Position numbers and translations under genes: made by a program. Below are positions 13,370 to 21,909 of a DNA stretch of 32,000 bases, piece after piece. Where the stretch lies: positions 570,001 through 602,000 of the forward strand of contig NC_010296.1 of the NCBI RefSeq assembly GCF_000010625.1, read 5' to 3'. Each line of letters opens with the position of its first letter. The first letter of the stretch is position 1. The notes under the pieces were generated by a model. The model had not been told where the DNA came from and ran no database searches. It was given only the letters and a program-made list of their open reading frames with translations. This DNA is from Microcystis aeruginosa NIES-843. Its GTDB lineage: Bacteria; Cyanobacteriota; Cyanobacteriia; Cyanobacteriales; Microcystaceae.

Positions 13370-14251
13370 ATGACTATATCCCAACCCGATCTAGAACCCA
13401 CTTGGATGACGATTATTCGCCTCTTGCGCTGGGATAAACCCGCAGGTAGGTTAATTTTGATGATTCCCGCTTTATGGGCGGTATTTTTGGCGGCAGACGG
13501 TGTGCCACCGCTACCCTTGATCGGGGTGATCGTTTTGGGAACTTTGGCCACTAGCGCCGCCGGCTGTGTGGTTAACGATCTTTGGGATCGGGATATCGAT
13601 CCACAAGTCGATCGCACTCGTAACCGTCCTTTAGCGGCCAGAGCTTTATCGATCAAGGTTGGTTTGATTATCGCTCTGATTGCTTTCTTTTGCGCCGCAA
13701 TTTTAGCTTTATATCTGAATTTCCTGAGTTTTTGCCTATGTTTAGCCGCCGTTCCCCTGATTATCTGCTATCCTCTCGCCAAGCGTTTTTTTCCTGTACC
13801 CCAATTGGTTCTTTCTCTCGCTTGGGGTTTTGCGGTTTTAATCTGTTGGAGTGCCGTCACCGGGTCGTTAAATAGTAATACATTTATATTATGGGGAGCG
13901 GTGATTTTTTGGACATTGGCATTTGATACAATTTATGCTCTGTCCGATCGAGAGGATGATCTCAAGGTTGGTATTAACTCTAGTGCCATATTTTTCGGCA
14001 AATACGCCCCGGAAGCCGTGGGGGTCTTTTTTGCCCTAACAGTGGGTTTATTGGCTTGGGAGGGGCAAAAAATGCAGTTATCAGCCTTTTTTTGGCTAGG
14101 GTTGGGTCTATCGGTGATCGCTTGGTGGCGTCAATACCGGCTGTTACGTCAATCGGATTTACCCAAACCAGTTTATGGTCAAATGTTCGGTCAAAATGTT
14201 TGGGTCGGTTTTATTTTATTAGCGGCTATGATTGGGGGAAGTTTGTATTAA
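13370..14251 (+). CDS. ubiA: 4-hydroxybenzoate polyprenyl(solanesyl)transferase, UbiA family
   Basis: The protein has about 8-9 TM helices. It carries the first Asp-rich motif NDLWDRDIDPQVDRTRNRPLA and the second motif YALSDREDD. Confidence 0.85.
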   Translation: MTISQPDLEPTWMTIIRLLRWDKPAGRLILMIPALWAVFLAADGVPPLPLIGVIVLGTLATSAAGCVVNDLWDRDIDPQVDRTRNRPLAARALSIKVGLIIALIAFFCAAILALYLNFLSFCLCLAAVPLIICYPLAKRFFPVPQLVLSLAWGFAVLICWSAVTGSLNSNTFILWGAVIFWTLAFDTIYALSDREDDLKVGINSSAIFFGKYAPEAVGVFFALTVGLLAWEGQKMQLSAFFWLGLGLSVIAWWRQYRLLRQSDLPKPVYGQMFGQNVWVGFILLAAMIGGSLY

Positions 14252-14285
14252 AACTCCCCCAAGAATGTCCCTAGAGTCAGTTTGT

Positions 14286-14852
14286 CTATTCTGACTCTAA
14301 TAATCCCATTACCTTAGCTGATGCGGGTTCACCAGTCATGAAAGCTACCCGTCTTTGAAAATTTTTTTCCACAGCAATGCAGGTATTTAAGGGATTTAAA
14401 ATACCCTTTCTGATTTCCCTTTCCCAAGAATAATTTCTTTCTCGGTGTTTAAATCTTGATAATTGCTGGGTGAAAACAGTAACCACTTGATAAATGATTT
14501 TTAAATCGTAAAGAGAGTCAATTTGAGAAATTTTAACCGCTAAAGCCCGAAATTGACGGGATATTTCTTGAGCTTGCTCTTGACTACAGCCATGGTCACG
14601 ATGATAATAATTAACTACTTCTGCCATGTACTGAGCGTGTTTAGCGGCATTTTGAATGCTATGTTGAGCATTTTCCACGGGAGCAAGAAATCGATCTAAT
14701 AATAGCTGTTGGGCGTAGGCATCGCGAAGGGACGAATTAGAGATTACTTGTAATTCGGCCATTCTTTCTTCATGTTTACGGCGATTTTCGGCATAAATCT
14801 CCGTCAGAATAGTATCTAACAGCTTGGGAATCGGATAAAAGACATCAATCAT
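14286..14852 (-). CDS. Hypothetical protein (188 aa, helical)
   Basis: A long ORF with a clean ATG. No motif was recognised. Confidence 0.5.
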   Translation of the reverse strand: MIDVFYPIPKLLDTILTEIYAENRRKHEERMAELQVISNSSLRDAYAQQLLLDRFLAPVENAQHSIQNAAKHAQYMAEVVNYYHRDHGCSQEQAQEISRQFRALAVKISQIDSLYDLKIIYQVVTVFTQQLSRFKHRERNYSWEREIRKGILNPLNTCIAVEKNFQRRVAFMTGEPASAKVMGLLESE

Positions 14853-14978
14853 AGGAAAATTTAGCTTAGTTTGTCTAGAGATAAGAAACTCTATTGATAG
14901 AATTACCCAAAATTGTAGCAGTTATCTGAATAGTCAGGTACGATAAAATCAAGTTAGTAAATTACCGCCCCTTAACTA

Positions 14979-15218
14979 ATGTCCAACTCGAAATCTAGTA
15001 GCGTTTGGGACCACAAACCCCGTTGGTGTCAACCTTGGTCGATTCTGTTGACAGGAATTACCCTGATTGCTGGCTGTTGGTTTTTAACCCAGCGTATCTG
15101 GTTAACTCTACTCCTATCTATTCCCATACTCCTGTGGTGGTTTGTCTTCCTAATTCTTTATCCAAGGACGCTGCAGCAACAGTTAAACACAGAAAGAATC
15201 GGGGAAAGCATTGATTAA
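14979..15218 (+). CDS. Small two-TM membrane protein (79 aa)
   Basis: HKPRWCQPWSILLTG is followed by two hydrophobic helices. This resembles a conserved cyanobacterial small-protein family (name uncertain). Its 3' end overlaps the convergent helicase gene by 36 bp. Confidence 0.5.
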   Translation: MSNSKSSSVWDHKPRWCQPWSILLTGITLIAGCWFLTQRIWLTLLLSIPILLWWFVFLILYPRTLQQQLNTERIGESID

Positions 15219-17483
15219 AACAGGAAAGACAGGACAGGGATTTTTATCCTGTAATTGACTACTTTCATCTCCGCGAAAAGTGTTCCAACGGAAAGGAGCT
15301 TTTTTTTCACTCGACATCCATAAAAGTCTTTTTGCTCGCGTCATCGCTACATACAAAAGTCGGTATTCTTCAGCTTTTTTAAGTTGTCCAGCTTCTAACC
15401 AAGCGCTTAAAGGTGGGGGAATAATTGGTATGCTGTCGGGGTTTAAATAGCGTTGATGAACCGCTGCTCGAATTTGCGCCCGGGCCACTTCTGCGAGGGT
15501 AAAATCTGCCAAAAATTTCGCCCCATTGGGAACCCAAGGTTTGCCCGGGATAATATCTTCGTGAAGAAAGGGAATAAAAACATAATCCCAGTCTAAACCC
15601 TTGGCTTTGTGCATAGTAATAATCGTCAGTTGTCCGGGACGAGTATAACAATCGTCGTTATCTTCTTCCACTCCTTCAAAGCGCTCAGAGGCGATAATTT
15701 CATTAAGGGTATTAATTGTATTTTTGAGAGAACTATTACCAGCAGTTTCCTGATAAATACGGGCGGTTAATTTTTGCAAAGTTGCTAATTCTGACCCCGA
15801 ATATTGGAGAGTCATAGCGAAAAAAGACAGGAGTTGATAATGGGGTAATTCTAATCTAGCTTTTAGTAAACTGCAGCAATAACGACGGGCGATTTTTTCG
15901 TTAGATTTCAGTTCAGGATCGAGGGGAGTGGGATAAAGAAATTGTTCGGGATAGGTAACTAAAGGATTTAAATCTTGGGCAGTAATTAAACCCCTCAATT
16001 GTAGCACTTCTAAGGCCGCTTTGAGATAATCGGGAGAGTGGGGACGTTCGACAAAAGCTAATAGTTTCAGCATTTCGGCGGGAATTTGGGAAAAGCGATC
16101 GATCTCGTTAGCTTCAAAAATTCTGATTTGATAACTTTTATAAAAATGGGCAAATTTTTGAGCAAAAAAGTGTCCCTGTCGATTTTCTCTAACGAGGATA
16201 GCCGCATTATGTTGAGGGTTTTCTTGGAGTAATTTAACTAGACGTTTTTCAATTAACTCTACTGTTTGATAAATGTCATCGGGTTGATAAATTTCTAATC
16301 CTTTTCCCTCCTTAACTGGATTAGGTTGGGGATCTTCAGCGCTGACGGGAAGAATCGCTTGAACCCGAAAAGGAGCCTCGGTAACTTTATGATTATCTTT
16401 CCCCTGTTTCCAATCTCGATCGACCCATTGTAAAACTAAATTAGCAGCTTCAATAATTTTAGTATTGCTGCGACCTGCTTGGTTCATAGTGGATAAATTG
16501 CCTTCGCTTTGACAACTTTCACAAAACCAATTAAAGTAAACAGGATCGGCGGGGGTAAAGGTAGAATTAATGGCTTGATTGGGATCGCCGACGCGAATTA
16601 AATTAGGTATTTCTCCGTCATTATTTTTTGCTAAAATAGTAATTAGTTTTTCTTGAAGAGGACTAGAATCCTGTGCCTCATCTTCAAAGACTCCAAAGAC
16701 AGATTTTTGCCATTGTCGGCGAATTTTTTCTTCCTCTAATACTCGCAAGGCTCCTAAAATCATGTCATCATAATCTATATAGTTTTTCTGACGCATCAGG
16801 ATTTCATACTGTTGGTACAAACCACTAGCAATAGCGAGAATTTGATAATTATCGTCGGTGTAGTGGCTTAATTCCCAAACTTGCTGCGGTGATAATCCCG
16901 AACTTTTTAGCTCATGAATGGCCGTATAGGCAAGACTAGGTAAAATTTCGGTTCTCAGCACCGATTGACGGCGTAATCTTTCGGTTTCTTCCCCATCAAA
17001 TTCCACTCCTTCTAATAACTTTTGATAACGAATTGGATCAGTAATTAGCCATTTTTCCACCGAGTTTCTAATAATTCTGTGGCTAGGAGTCGGAATAACT
17101 AAGGTAGAAGATTCGAGGTCTAATCCCGATAATTCCGGGTAACGACGGGCCAATTGTAGGGCGAGTCCGTGCAGAGTTTGGACGCTGAAACCTTGGGCCG
17201 AAAGTTGTAAATCTTGCAAGCGTTGTTTAATTTTAGCTTTAATACTAGCGGCAGCCGAGCGCGTGTAGGTGACAATAATTAACTGTTTTTTAGCATGAAG
17301 TTGCTCACGAGCAATAACCATAGCGGCAGCTACGGCCAAACTGTGGGATTTTCCTGCCCCCGGCACCGCAGAAATGGCCATTTTTCCCCCTTGCCAATCG
17401 GCTAATTCCTGTTGTCCGGCTCGCAGTTGTTGCCGGAGATTGACCAGTAAACTTTCTCGATTAATTACTTTAGTTTCGCTCAT
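15183..17483 (-). CDS. UvrD/REP superfamily-1 DNA helicase (766 aa)
   Basis: It has Walker A AVPGAGKSHSL, motif II VFEDEAQDSSP, later SF1 motifs (TIITMHKAKGLDWDYVFIP, LLYVAMTRAKRLL) and N-terminal ELADWQGG. Confidence 0.8.
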   Translation of the reverse strand: MSETKVINRESLLVNLRQQLRAGQQELADWQGGKMAISAVPGAGKSHSLAVAAAMVIAREQLHAKKQLIIVTYTRSAAASIKAKIKQRLQDLQLSAQGFSVQTLHGLALQLARRYPELSGLDLESSTLVIPTPSHRIIRNSVEKWLITDPIRYQKLLEGVEFDGEETERLRRQSVLRTEILPSLAYTAIHELKSSGLSPQQVWELSHYTDDNYQILAIASGLYQQYEILMRQKNYIDYDDMILGALRVLEEEKIRRQWQKSVFGVFEDEAQDSSPLQEKLITILAKNNDGEIPNLIRVGDPNQAINSTFTPADPVYFNWFCESCQSEGNLSTMNQAGRSNTKIIEAANLVLQWVDRDWKQGKDNHKVTEAPFRVQAILPVSAEDPQPNPVKEGKGLEIYQPDDIYQTVELIEKRLVKLLQENPQHNAAILVRENRQGHFFAQKFAHFYKSYQIRIFEANEIDRFSQIPAEMLKLLAFVERPHSPDYLKAALEVLQLRGLITAQDLNPLVTYPEQFLYPTPLDPELKSNEKIARRYCCSLLKARLELPHYQLLSFFAMTLQYSGSELATLQKLTARIYQETAGNSSLKNTINTLNEIIASERFEGVEEDNDDCYTRPGQLTIITMHKAKGLDWDYVFIPFLHEDIIPGKPWVPNGAKFLADFTLAEVARAQIRAAVHQRYLNPDSIPIIPPPLSAWLEAGQLKKAEEYRLLYVAMTRAKRLLWMSSEKKAPFRWNTFRGDESSQLQDKNPCPVFPVLINAFPDSFCV

Positions 17484-17596
17484 TATGCCCCGCCAATTTT
17501 ATTTTTAGTTTAATTGTATTACTATTTTAGTTTCTCCTTAAACTAATTGCTGTAAAAGTTAGCTAGAGATAACTAGAATGGGGAGATGGGGTTTTT

Positions 17597-17624
17597 CAGT
17601 GAACAGTAAACAGTAAGCAGTAAG
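17597..17624. repeat. Heptamer array CAGTGAA CAGTAAA CAGTAAG CAGTAAG
   Basis: Read directly. The TTTTCAGTGAAC head is also found at 18841, 11818 and 27630. Confidence 0.85.
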
Positions 17625-17643
17625 TAGGGAGGCACAATTATTT

Positions 17644-17708
17644 GTAGGATGGGTTAGCGGTAGCGTAACATGAGCGGGTGTTGGGTTTCATGCTTCAACC
17701 CAACCTAC
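17644..17708. repeat. Nested palindromic element with two mutually exclusive pairings
   Basis: AACCCAACCTAC (17697..17708) is complementary to GTAGGATGGGTT (17644..17655, 11/12). Its first 8 nt are also complementary to GTTGGGTT (17680..17687). Confidence 0.6.
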
Positions 17709-17800
17709 GTTCATCTTATATTTAATTCCACCCACCCACTTAATCAGTGAAAAGAAAGTAGCGAAGTTTTCACCTAACACTGTCCACTTAAAACTGTAAT

Positions 17801-17842
17801 CTGATAACTGATAACTGATAACTGATCACTGATAACTGATAT
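17801..17842. repeat. Heptamer array (CTGATAA)3 CTGATCA CTGATAA CTGATAT spanning the tilS stop and last codons
   Basis: Six in-phase units. The tilS stop TGA (17826..17828) and the codons for I-S-Y-Q lie inside the array. Confidence 0.9.
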
Positions 17843-18800
17843 ATAGCCAATTTTGTTGTACTTCTACCCGAATTTTGCCGGTTAAGGAGGAAGTGGCATC
17901 GCGATTAACACCAGTAATGAGATTAACCACTGACTCAACTTCGGCAAAATTAGGGGATGAGGGTAAATATTGAGCCAAAAATAAACGAATCACTCGTCTT
18001 TGTATCGCTAGAGGTAGAATTTGTAAAGGGGAGCGATCGAGTCTTTGTTGATCTAGATCGATAACCTGGCGAAAAATATCCCGGGCAATACTATCTAAAT
18101 AATCGCTTTCTGCTTCCAAAATTTCGGCAGTTTGGGCGAGATGTTTTTCGATTTGGGGATTTAAATTAGTTTGCAGGTAGGGTAATAATTCCTGACGGAT
18201 GCGATTGCGAGCATAGCGTAAATTCTCATTAGCTCGATCATACCAGATCGGTAATTCTCGACTTTGACAAAAAGCGAAAGTTTCCCCGCGAGTGACATTT
18301 AAGAGGGGACGGACTAAAAAAATATCTGAGGTTAAACTTGTCAACCAAGTTAAGGCAGAAAGTCCATCACTACCGGCCCCGCGCGTGAGATTATAAAGAA
18401 AAGTTTCCGCTCGATCGCTCCTCGTGTGTGCCGTGAGAAGATAATTAAAACCCTGTTCTTGGGCGATTGTTTGTAAAGCTTGATAACGCCATTGTCGGGC
18501 CTTGGCTTCCGTTTCCGCCATGGGGGGTGCGGTGGTAATATAAACAGGTAATTGCCAAATTTCGGCGATTTTCCGCACATGAGTGACTAATCCTCGGTCG
18601 GAGGACCAACGGTGATCACAATGAGCGATCGCTAGTTGCCAACCCCAACGAGAGCGCAAATCCAGCAATAATTGCCCTAAACAGAGGGAATCCTGACCCG
18701 CCGACAATGCCACTAATAGAGACGCATTTTTAGGTAGTAATTGTCCCTTTTTCACCGTGGTTTCCAGACGAGTATGGAGAGGGGTCCAAAAATTAGCCAA
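17826..18800 (-). CDS. tilS: tRNA(Ile)-lysidine synthase
   Basis: It has a PP-loop variant, LSAGQDSLCL, near the N-terminus, the motif AHCDHRW, and a length and layout typical of TilS. Confidence 0.8.
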   Translation of the reverse strand: MANFWTPLHTRLETTVKKGQLLPKNASLLVALSAGQDSLCLGQLLLDLRSRWGWQLAIAHCDHRWSSDRGLVTHVRKIAEIWQLPVYITTAPPMAETEAKARQWRYQALQTIAQEQGFNYLLTAHTRSDRAETFLYNLTRGAGSDGLSALTWLTSLTSDIFLVRPLLNVTRGETFAFCQSRELPIWYDRANENLRYARNRIRQELLPYLQTNLNPQIEKHLAQTAEILEAESDYLDSIARDIFRQVIDLDQQRLDRSPLQILPLAIQRRVIRLFLAQYLPSSPNFAEVESVVNLITGVNRDATSSLTGKIRVEVQQNWLYISYQ

Positions 18801-18844
18801 AATTTTTAGATTTATTTACTTGACAAGGGTGTGGGAAGTATTTT

Positions 18845-18887
18845 CAGTGAACGGTAAACTGATAACTGATAACTGATAACTGATTTA
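18845..18887. repeat. Heptamer array CAGTGAA CGGTAAA (CTGATAA)3 CTGATTT filling most of the tilS-hemF spacer
   Basis: Read directly. The hemF stop (18885..18887) overlaps the last unit. Confidence 0.9.
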
Positions 18888-19913
18888 ACCTTGCCAATTA
18901 ACCCAATCTTGTGGTTTTAGGAAGACATCATAGAGTTTTGCTTCTGGGGTGTTTGGTGCAGGTTGATAACAGTATTCCCAACGAACTAAAGGAGGTAAAG
19001 ACATCAAAATCGACTCGGTACGACCGTTAGTTTGCAGCCCAAAAATTGTGCCACGATCATAAACTAAATTAAATTCTACATAACGACCGCGACGATAGAG
19101 TTGAAACTGACGTTCTCTGTCACCGTATTCCGTCGAGCGCCGTTTCTGGACAATGGGAACGTAAGCGGGTAGAAAAGCCCGGCCACAGTCATTAATGAAA
19201 CTAAAAATTTCTTCCCAGTTGCGGGGTTGTTGGGGAGATAATTTTTCTGAATAGATAGCGGCATCACTTTCGGCAAAAGGACCACGATAGAGAGGGTCTA
19301 AACCGTCTTGGTAATCAAAGAAAATCCCGCCGATGCCTCTGGCTTCCTGACGATGATTGAGATAAAAATATTCATCACACCAGCGTTTAAAAACGGGATA
19401 ATATTCGGGATGATGTTGGTCGCAAACCTGTTTAAAAGTGCGGTGAAAATGACTAGCATCTTCTTCAAAAGCATAGTAGGGAGTTAAATCAGCGCCACCG
19501 CCAAACCACCAAACCGGACCTGCTTCAAAATAGCGATAATTGAGGTGAACCGTGGGAATATAAGGATTGTGAGGATGCAAGACCATCGAGGTTCCCGTGG
19601 CATAAAATTGATGACCGGCAGCCTCGGGCCGTTGTTTGGCAATGCTAGGAGGTAATTCTTTCCCCCAAACTTCCGAAAAATTCACCCCTGCTTGTTCAAA
19701 AATTGCCCCTTCCCGCAAAACTCGCGAACGTCCGCCGCCACCTTCGGGCCGTTGCCAACTATCTTCGATAAATTTTGCTTGTCCATCCACTTCTTCTAAT
19801 CCCTGACAAATTTCATCCTGTAGGGATTTCATAAATTCACTGACGCGGCTACGGCTGTCACTGGCGGGCAAATTGGCAAGGGTGGGGGTTGTGGTGAATG
19901 CAGTCATACTCAA
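18885..19913 (-). CDS. hemF: Oxygen-dependent coproporphyrinogen III oxidase
   Basis: [33 protein letters not shown] and [12 protein letters not shown] are HemF signatures. Confidence 0.9.
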   Translation of the reverse strand: MSMTAFTTTPTLANLPASDSRSRVSEFMKSLQDEICQGLEEVDGQAKFIEDSWQRPEGGGGRSRVLREGAIFEQAGVNFSEVWGKELPPSIAKQRPEAAGHQFYATGTSMVLHPHNPYIPTVHLNYRYFEAGPVWWFGGGADLTPYYAFEEDASHFHRTFKQVCDQHHPEYYPVFKRWCDEYFYLNHRQEARGIGGIFFDYQDGLDPLYRGPFAESDAAIYSEKLSPQQPRNWEEIFSFINDCGRAFLPAYVPIVQKRRSTEYGDRERQFQLYRRGRYVEFNLVYDRGTIFGLQTNGRTESILMSLPPLVRWEYCYQPAPNTPEAKLYDVFLKPQDWVNWQG

Positions 19914-20001
19914 GGATCAAAGTTGATAACTCAGTGATTATATTACTACTGGGTGATGAAACGGCCGCTCTTCGATACTTAACTTAACATTTAGACGGAT
20001 T

Positions 20002-20082
20002 GGGGGTGGGGAAGTGGGGAAGTGGGGGAGTGGGGAAGCGGGGAGAATAAATAAAAATAATCTCCTGAGGACCGGCTCCTGA
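20002..20082 (+). repeat. Composite repeat: G-rich octamers (GGGGAAGT-like x4) + 28-nt core GGGAGAATAAATAAAAATAATCTCCTGA + GGACCGGCTCCTGA
   Basis: The core at 20041..20068 is identical to 26698..26725 and occurs with a 1-nt insertion, inverted, at 12444..12472. Confidence 0.85.
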
Positions 20083-20100
20083 ATTTCGCCAGAATTAGTC

Positions 20101-20889
20101 TCAATCAGGTTTTTTTAAGAGTTTTGCCCCACAGTTTTTACAAAAATTGGCATCTATATCGTGACGGGGTAAACCACAATCTGGACAAGGATAATCAATT
20201 TGAGTGCCAGATTTTAATAGTTGTTTAGTCAGAGTGCTAATTTGCAAGGGAATTAACAAAACTCCCGTTAAAATCATTAAAACTGTCACCATTTTGCCCC
20301 CATCAGAAAGGGGAGTTACATCCCCAAATCCCACGGTAGTCATAGTCACAACGGCGAAGTAAAAAGCATCAAAAAATGTCCGATAGACTTGAGGATTAAT
20401 CGGGTGTTCGATCTGATAAATTAAACCAGCATAGACAAAAATAATCGAGAATAGAGTTAGTAATATGCGAGTAAATACTATCTGATCGGAAGTTTTAATC
20501 CGAAAAATAGAGAGATCGGAACCAAAAAAACGAATCACTCGCAAAATTCTAAACCAGCGAAAAATTCTAAAGAACCTAATATCAAAAAAACCAAAAAATA
20601 GGGGCAGAATTGACAATAAATCTAGAATGGAAAAAATATTAAAAACAAAGCCTAGTTTTGATTCCGCACACCAAAACCGAATTAAATACTCTAGGGAAAA
20701 TAAGCTTAAAATTCCCCAATCAAGCTGACGTAACCACATTTGCCAAGTGGCGGATAAGGGATAGGTTTGAGCCACATAAATCCCCAAAGATAGTAAAATT
20801 AATGCCAAGATAAGCAGATTTACCGTCAGTCCGATCGCCGTGGTGACATCCTCTAAATAAAAAGCTATTTTGGTGCGAAAAGGGAGCAT
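20101..20889 (-). CDS. Six-TM voltage-sensor-type K+ channel with C-terminal zinc-ribbon
   Basis: It has an S4-like segment RFFRIFRWFRILRVIRFF and the selectivity filter TTVGFGD. The C-terminus is CPDCG...(14)...CKNCG. Confidence 0.8.
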   Translation of the reverse strand: MLPFRTKIAFYLEDVTTAIGLTVNLLILALILLSLGIYVAQTYPLSATWQMWLRQLDWGILSLFSLEYLIRFWCAESKLGFVFNIFSILDLLSILPLFFGFFDIRFFRIFRWFRILRVIRFFGSDLSIFRIKTSDQIVFTRILLTLFSIIFVYAGLIYQIEHPINPQVYRTFFDAFYFAVVTMTTVGFGDVTPLSDGGKMVTVLMILTGVLLIPLQISTLTKQLLKSGTQIDYPCPDCGLPRHDIDANFCKNCGAKLLKKPD

Positions 20890-20971
20890 AAATTCAGCTA
20901 TCAGTAAACAGTAACCAGTAATCAGTGAACTGAAAGCTCACATCTGATAACTGATCACTGATAACTGATTA
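20890..20971. repeat. Intergenic region made almost entirely of heptamers (CAGTAAA CAGTAAC CAGTAAT CAGTGAA ... CTGATAA CTGATCA CTGATAA CTGATTA)
   Basis: It spans from the channel start codon (20889) to the nadK stop (20969..20971), which forms the last 3 nt of the final unit. Confidence 0.9.
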
Positions 20972-21892
20972 AGGTAATTCCACCGAAGTTGGTTTAGCAA
21001 TATGAGGTAAACCCCAACCTAATTTTTCCCGGAGGATGCGGAAGAATTCCGTCGATTGCAGGCGAATAAAATGAACATTGTAGGGGGATTTCTGCACATT
21101 AATTCGATCTTCTGGCAAGATATAAGAACCGCCATTACCGTCCACTACCATCACCATCCGATTAGCAGTTGCTGGGAAAATATTCACAGTTTCCTTGTCA
21201 GAAAATACCAAGGACCTAGAAGCTAAAGAATGGGGACAAATGGGAGCTAATTGTAATACCGGCACATCGGGAGTTATTACCGGGCCACCGGCGCTGAGAG
21301 CATAGGCAGTAGAACCGGTAGGAGTGGAGAGAATCACCCCATCGGCAGCGATATCGACGGGCGCGTGTTCACCAATTTGAATCTCAAAATGACACATACT
21401 GGTGAGGGGTTCGCGGTGGACGACCACCTCATTGAGAGAAAGTGCCTCCCAGAGGAGGGTATCTTCGCGAAATAGTCGCACTGTGATCATCGAGCGATTT
21501 TCGATGGTGTAATTCCCCTCTAGAACCAGTTCTAAGGCGGGTTCAAGCTGATTTAGGTAAATTTCGGTCAAAAAGCCCATGTGTCCCGTATTGACCGTTA
21601 ACAGGGGCAAATTGAGGGTGGCCAACTGCCGGGCCGCCGATAGGACTGTACCATCGCCCCCCAACACGATCGCAAAACTTAAATCCTGATCGAAGTGGGG
21701 GGGGACTAACTGATCGATCGGGGTAAAACAAACCGGACGAGAGGGTTTAGAATGGCCTAGCAGGCCACCGCTGCCGGTAGCCATAAACACCTGCCAACCT
21801 CGGGAAAGTAGCTGATCTTGTATCTGATGGGCTGTTTTACAAGCGATAGGCTTAATATCGTTGTAAATAATGCCGATTTTGGGCATTGACAA
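20969..21892 (-). CDS. nadK: NAD+ kinase
   Basis: It has the GGDGT motif ([14 protein letters not shown]), NTGHMGFLT and [15 protein letters not shown]. Confidence 0.85.
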   Translation of the reverse strand: MSMPKIGIIYNDIKPIACKTAHQIQDQLLSRGWQVFMATGSGGLLGHSKPSRPVCFTPIDQLVPPHFDQDLSFAIVLGGDGTVLSAARQLATLNLPLLTVNTGHMGFLTEIYLNQLEPALELVLEGNYTIENRSMITVRLFREDTLLWEALSLNEVVVHREPLTSMCHFEIQIGEHAPVDIAADGVILSTPTGSTAYALSAGGPVITPDVPVLQLAPICPHSLASRSLVFSDKETVNIFPATANRMVMVVDGNGGSYILPEDRINVQKSPYNVHFIRLQSTEFFRILREKLGWGLPHIAKPTSVELP

Positions 21893-21909
21893 ATTTTCCT
21901 ACTGCTGAA

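Noticed and set aside
13351-14274. ORFs 13351..13656 (-), 13690..13875 (+) and 14056..14274 (+)
   Set aside because: They overlap the ubiA CDS, whose Asp-rich motifs and TM pattern identify the true frame.
14286-17483. UvrD-like helicase plus neighbouring unknown genes as a possible defence module
   Set aside because: The helicase has only standard SF1 motifs with no fused nuclease or other effector domain that I can see. The adjacent 188-aa gene is separated from it by a convergent small gene, so there is no operon structure. The neighbours are housekeeping genes (ubiA, tilS). There is no positive evidence for a defence role.
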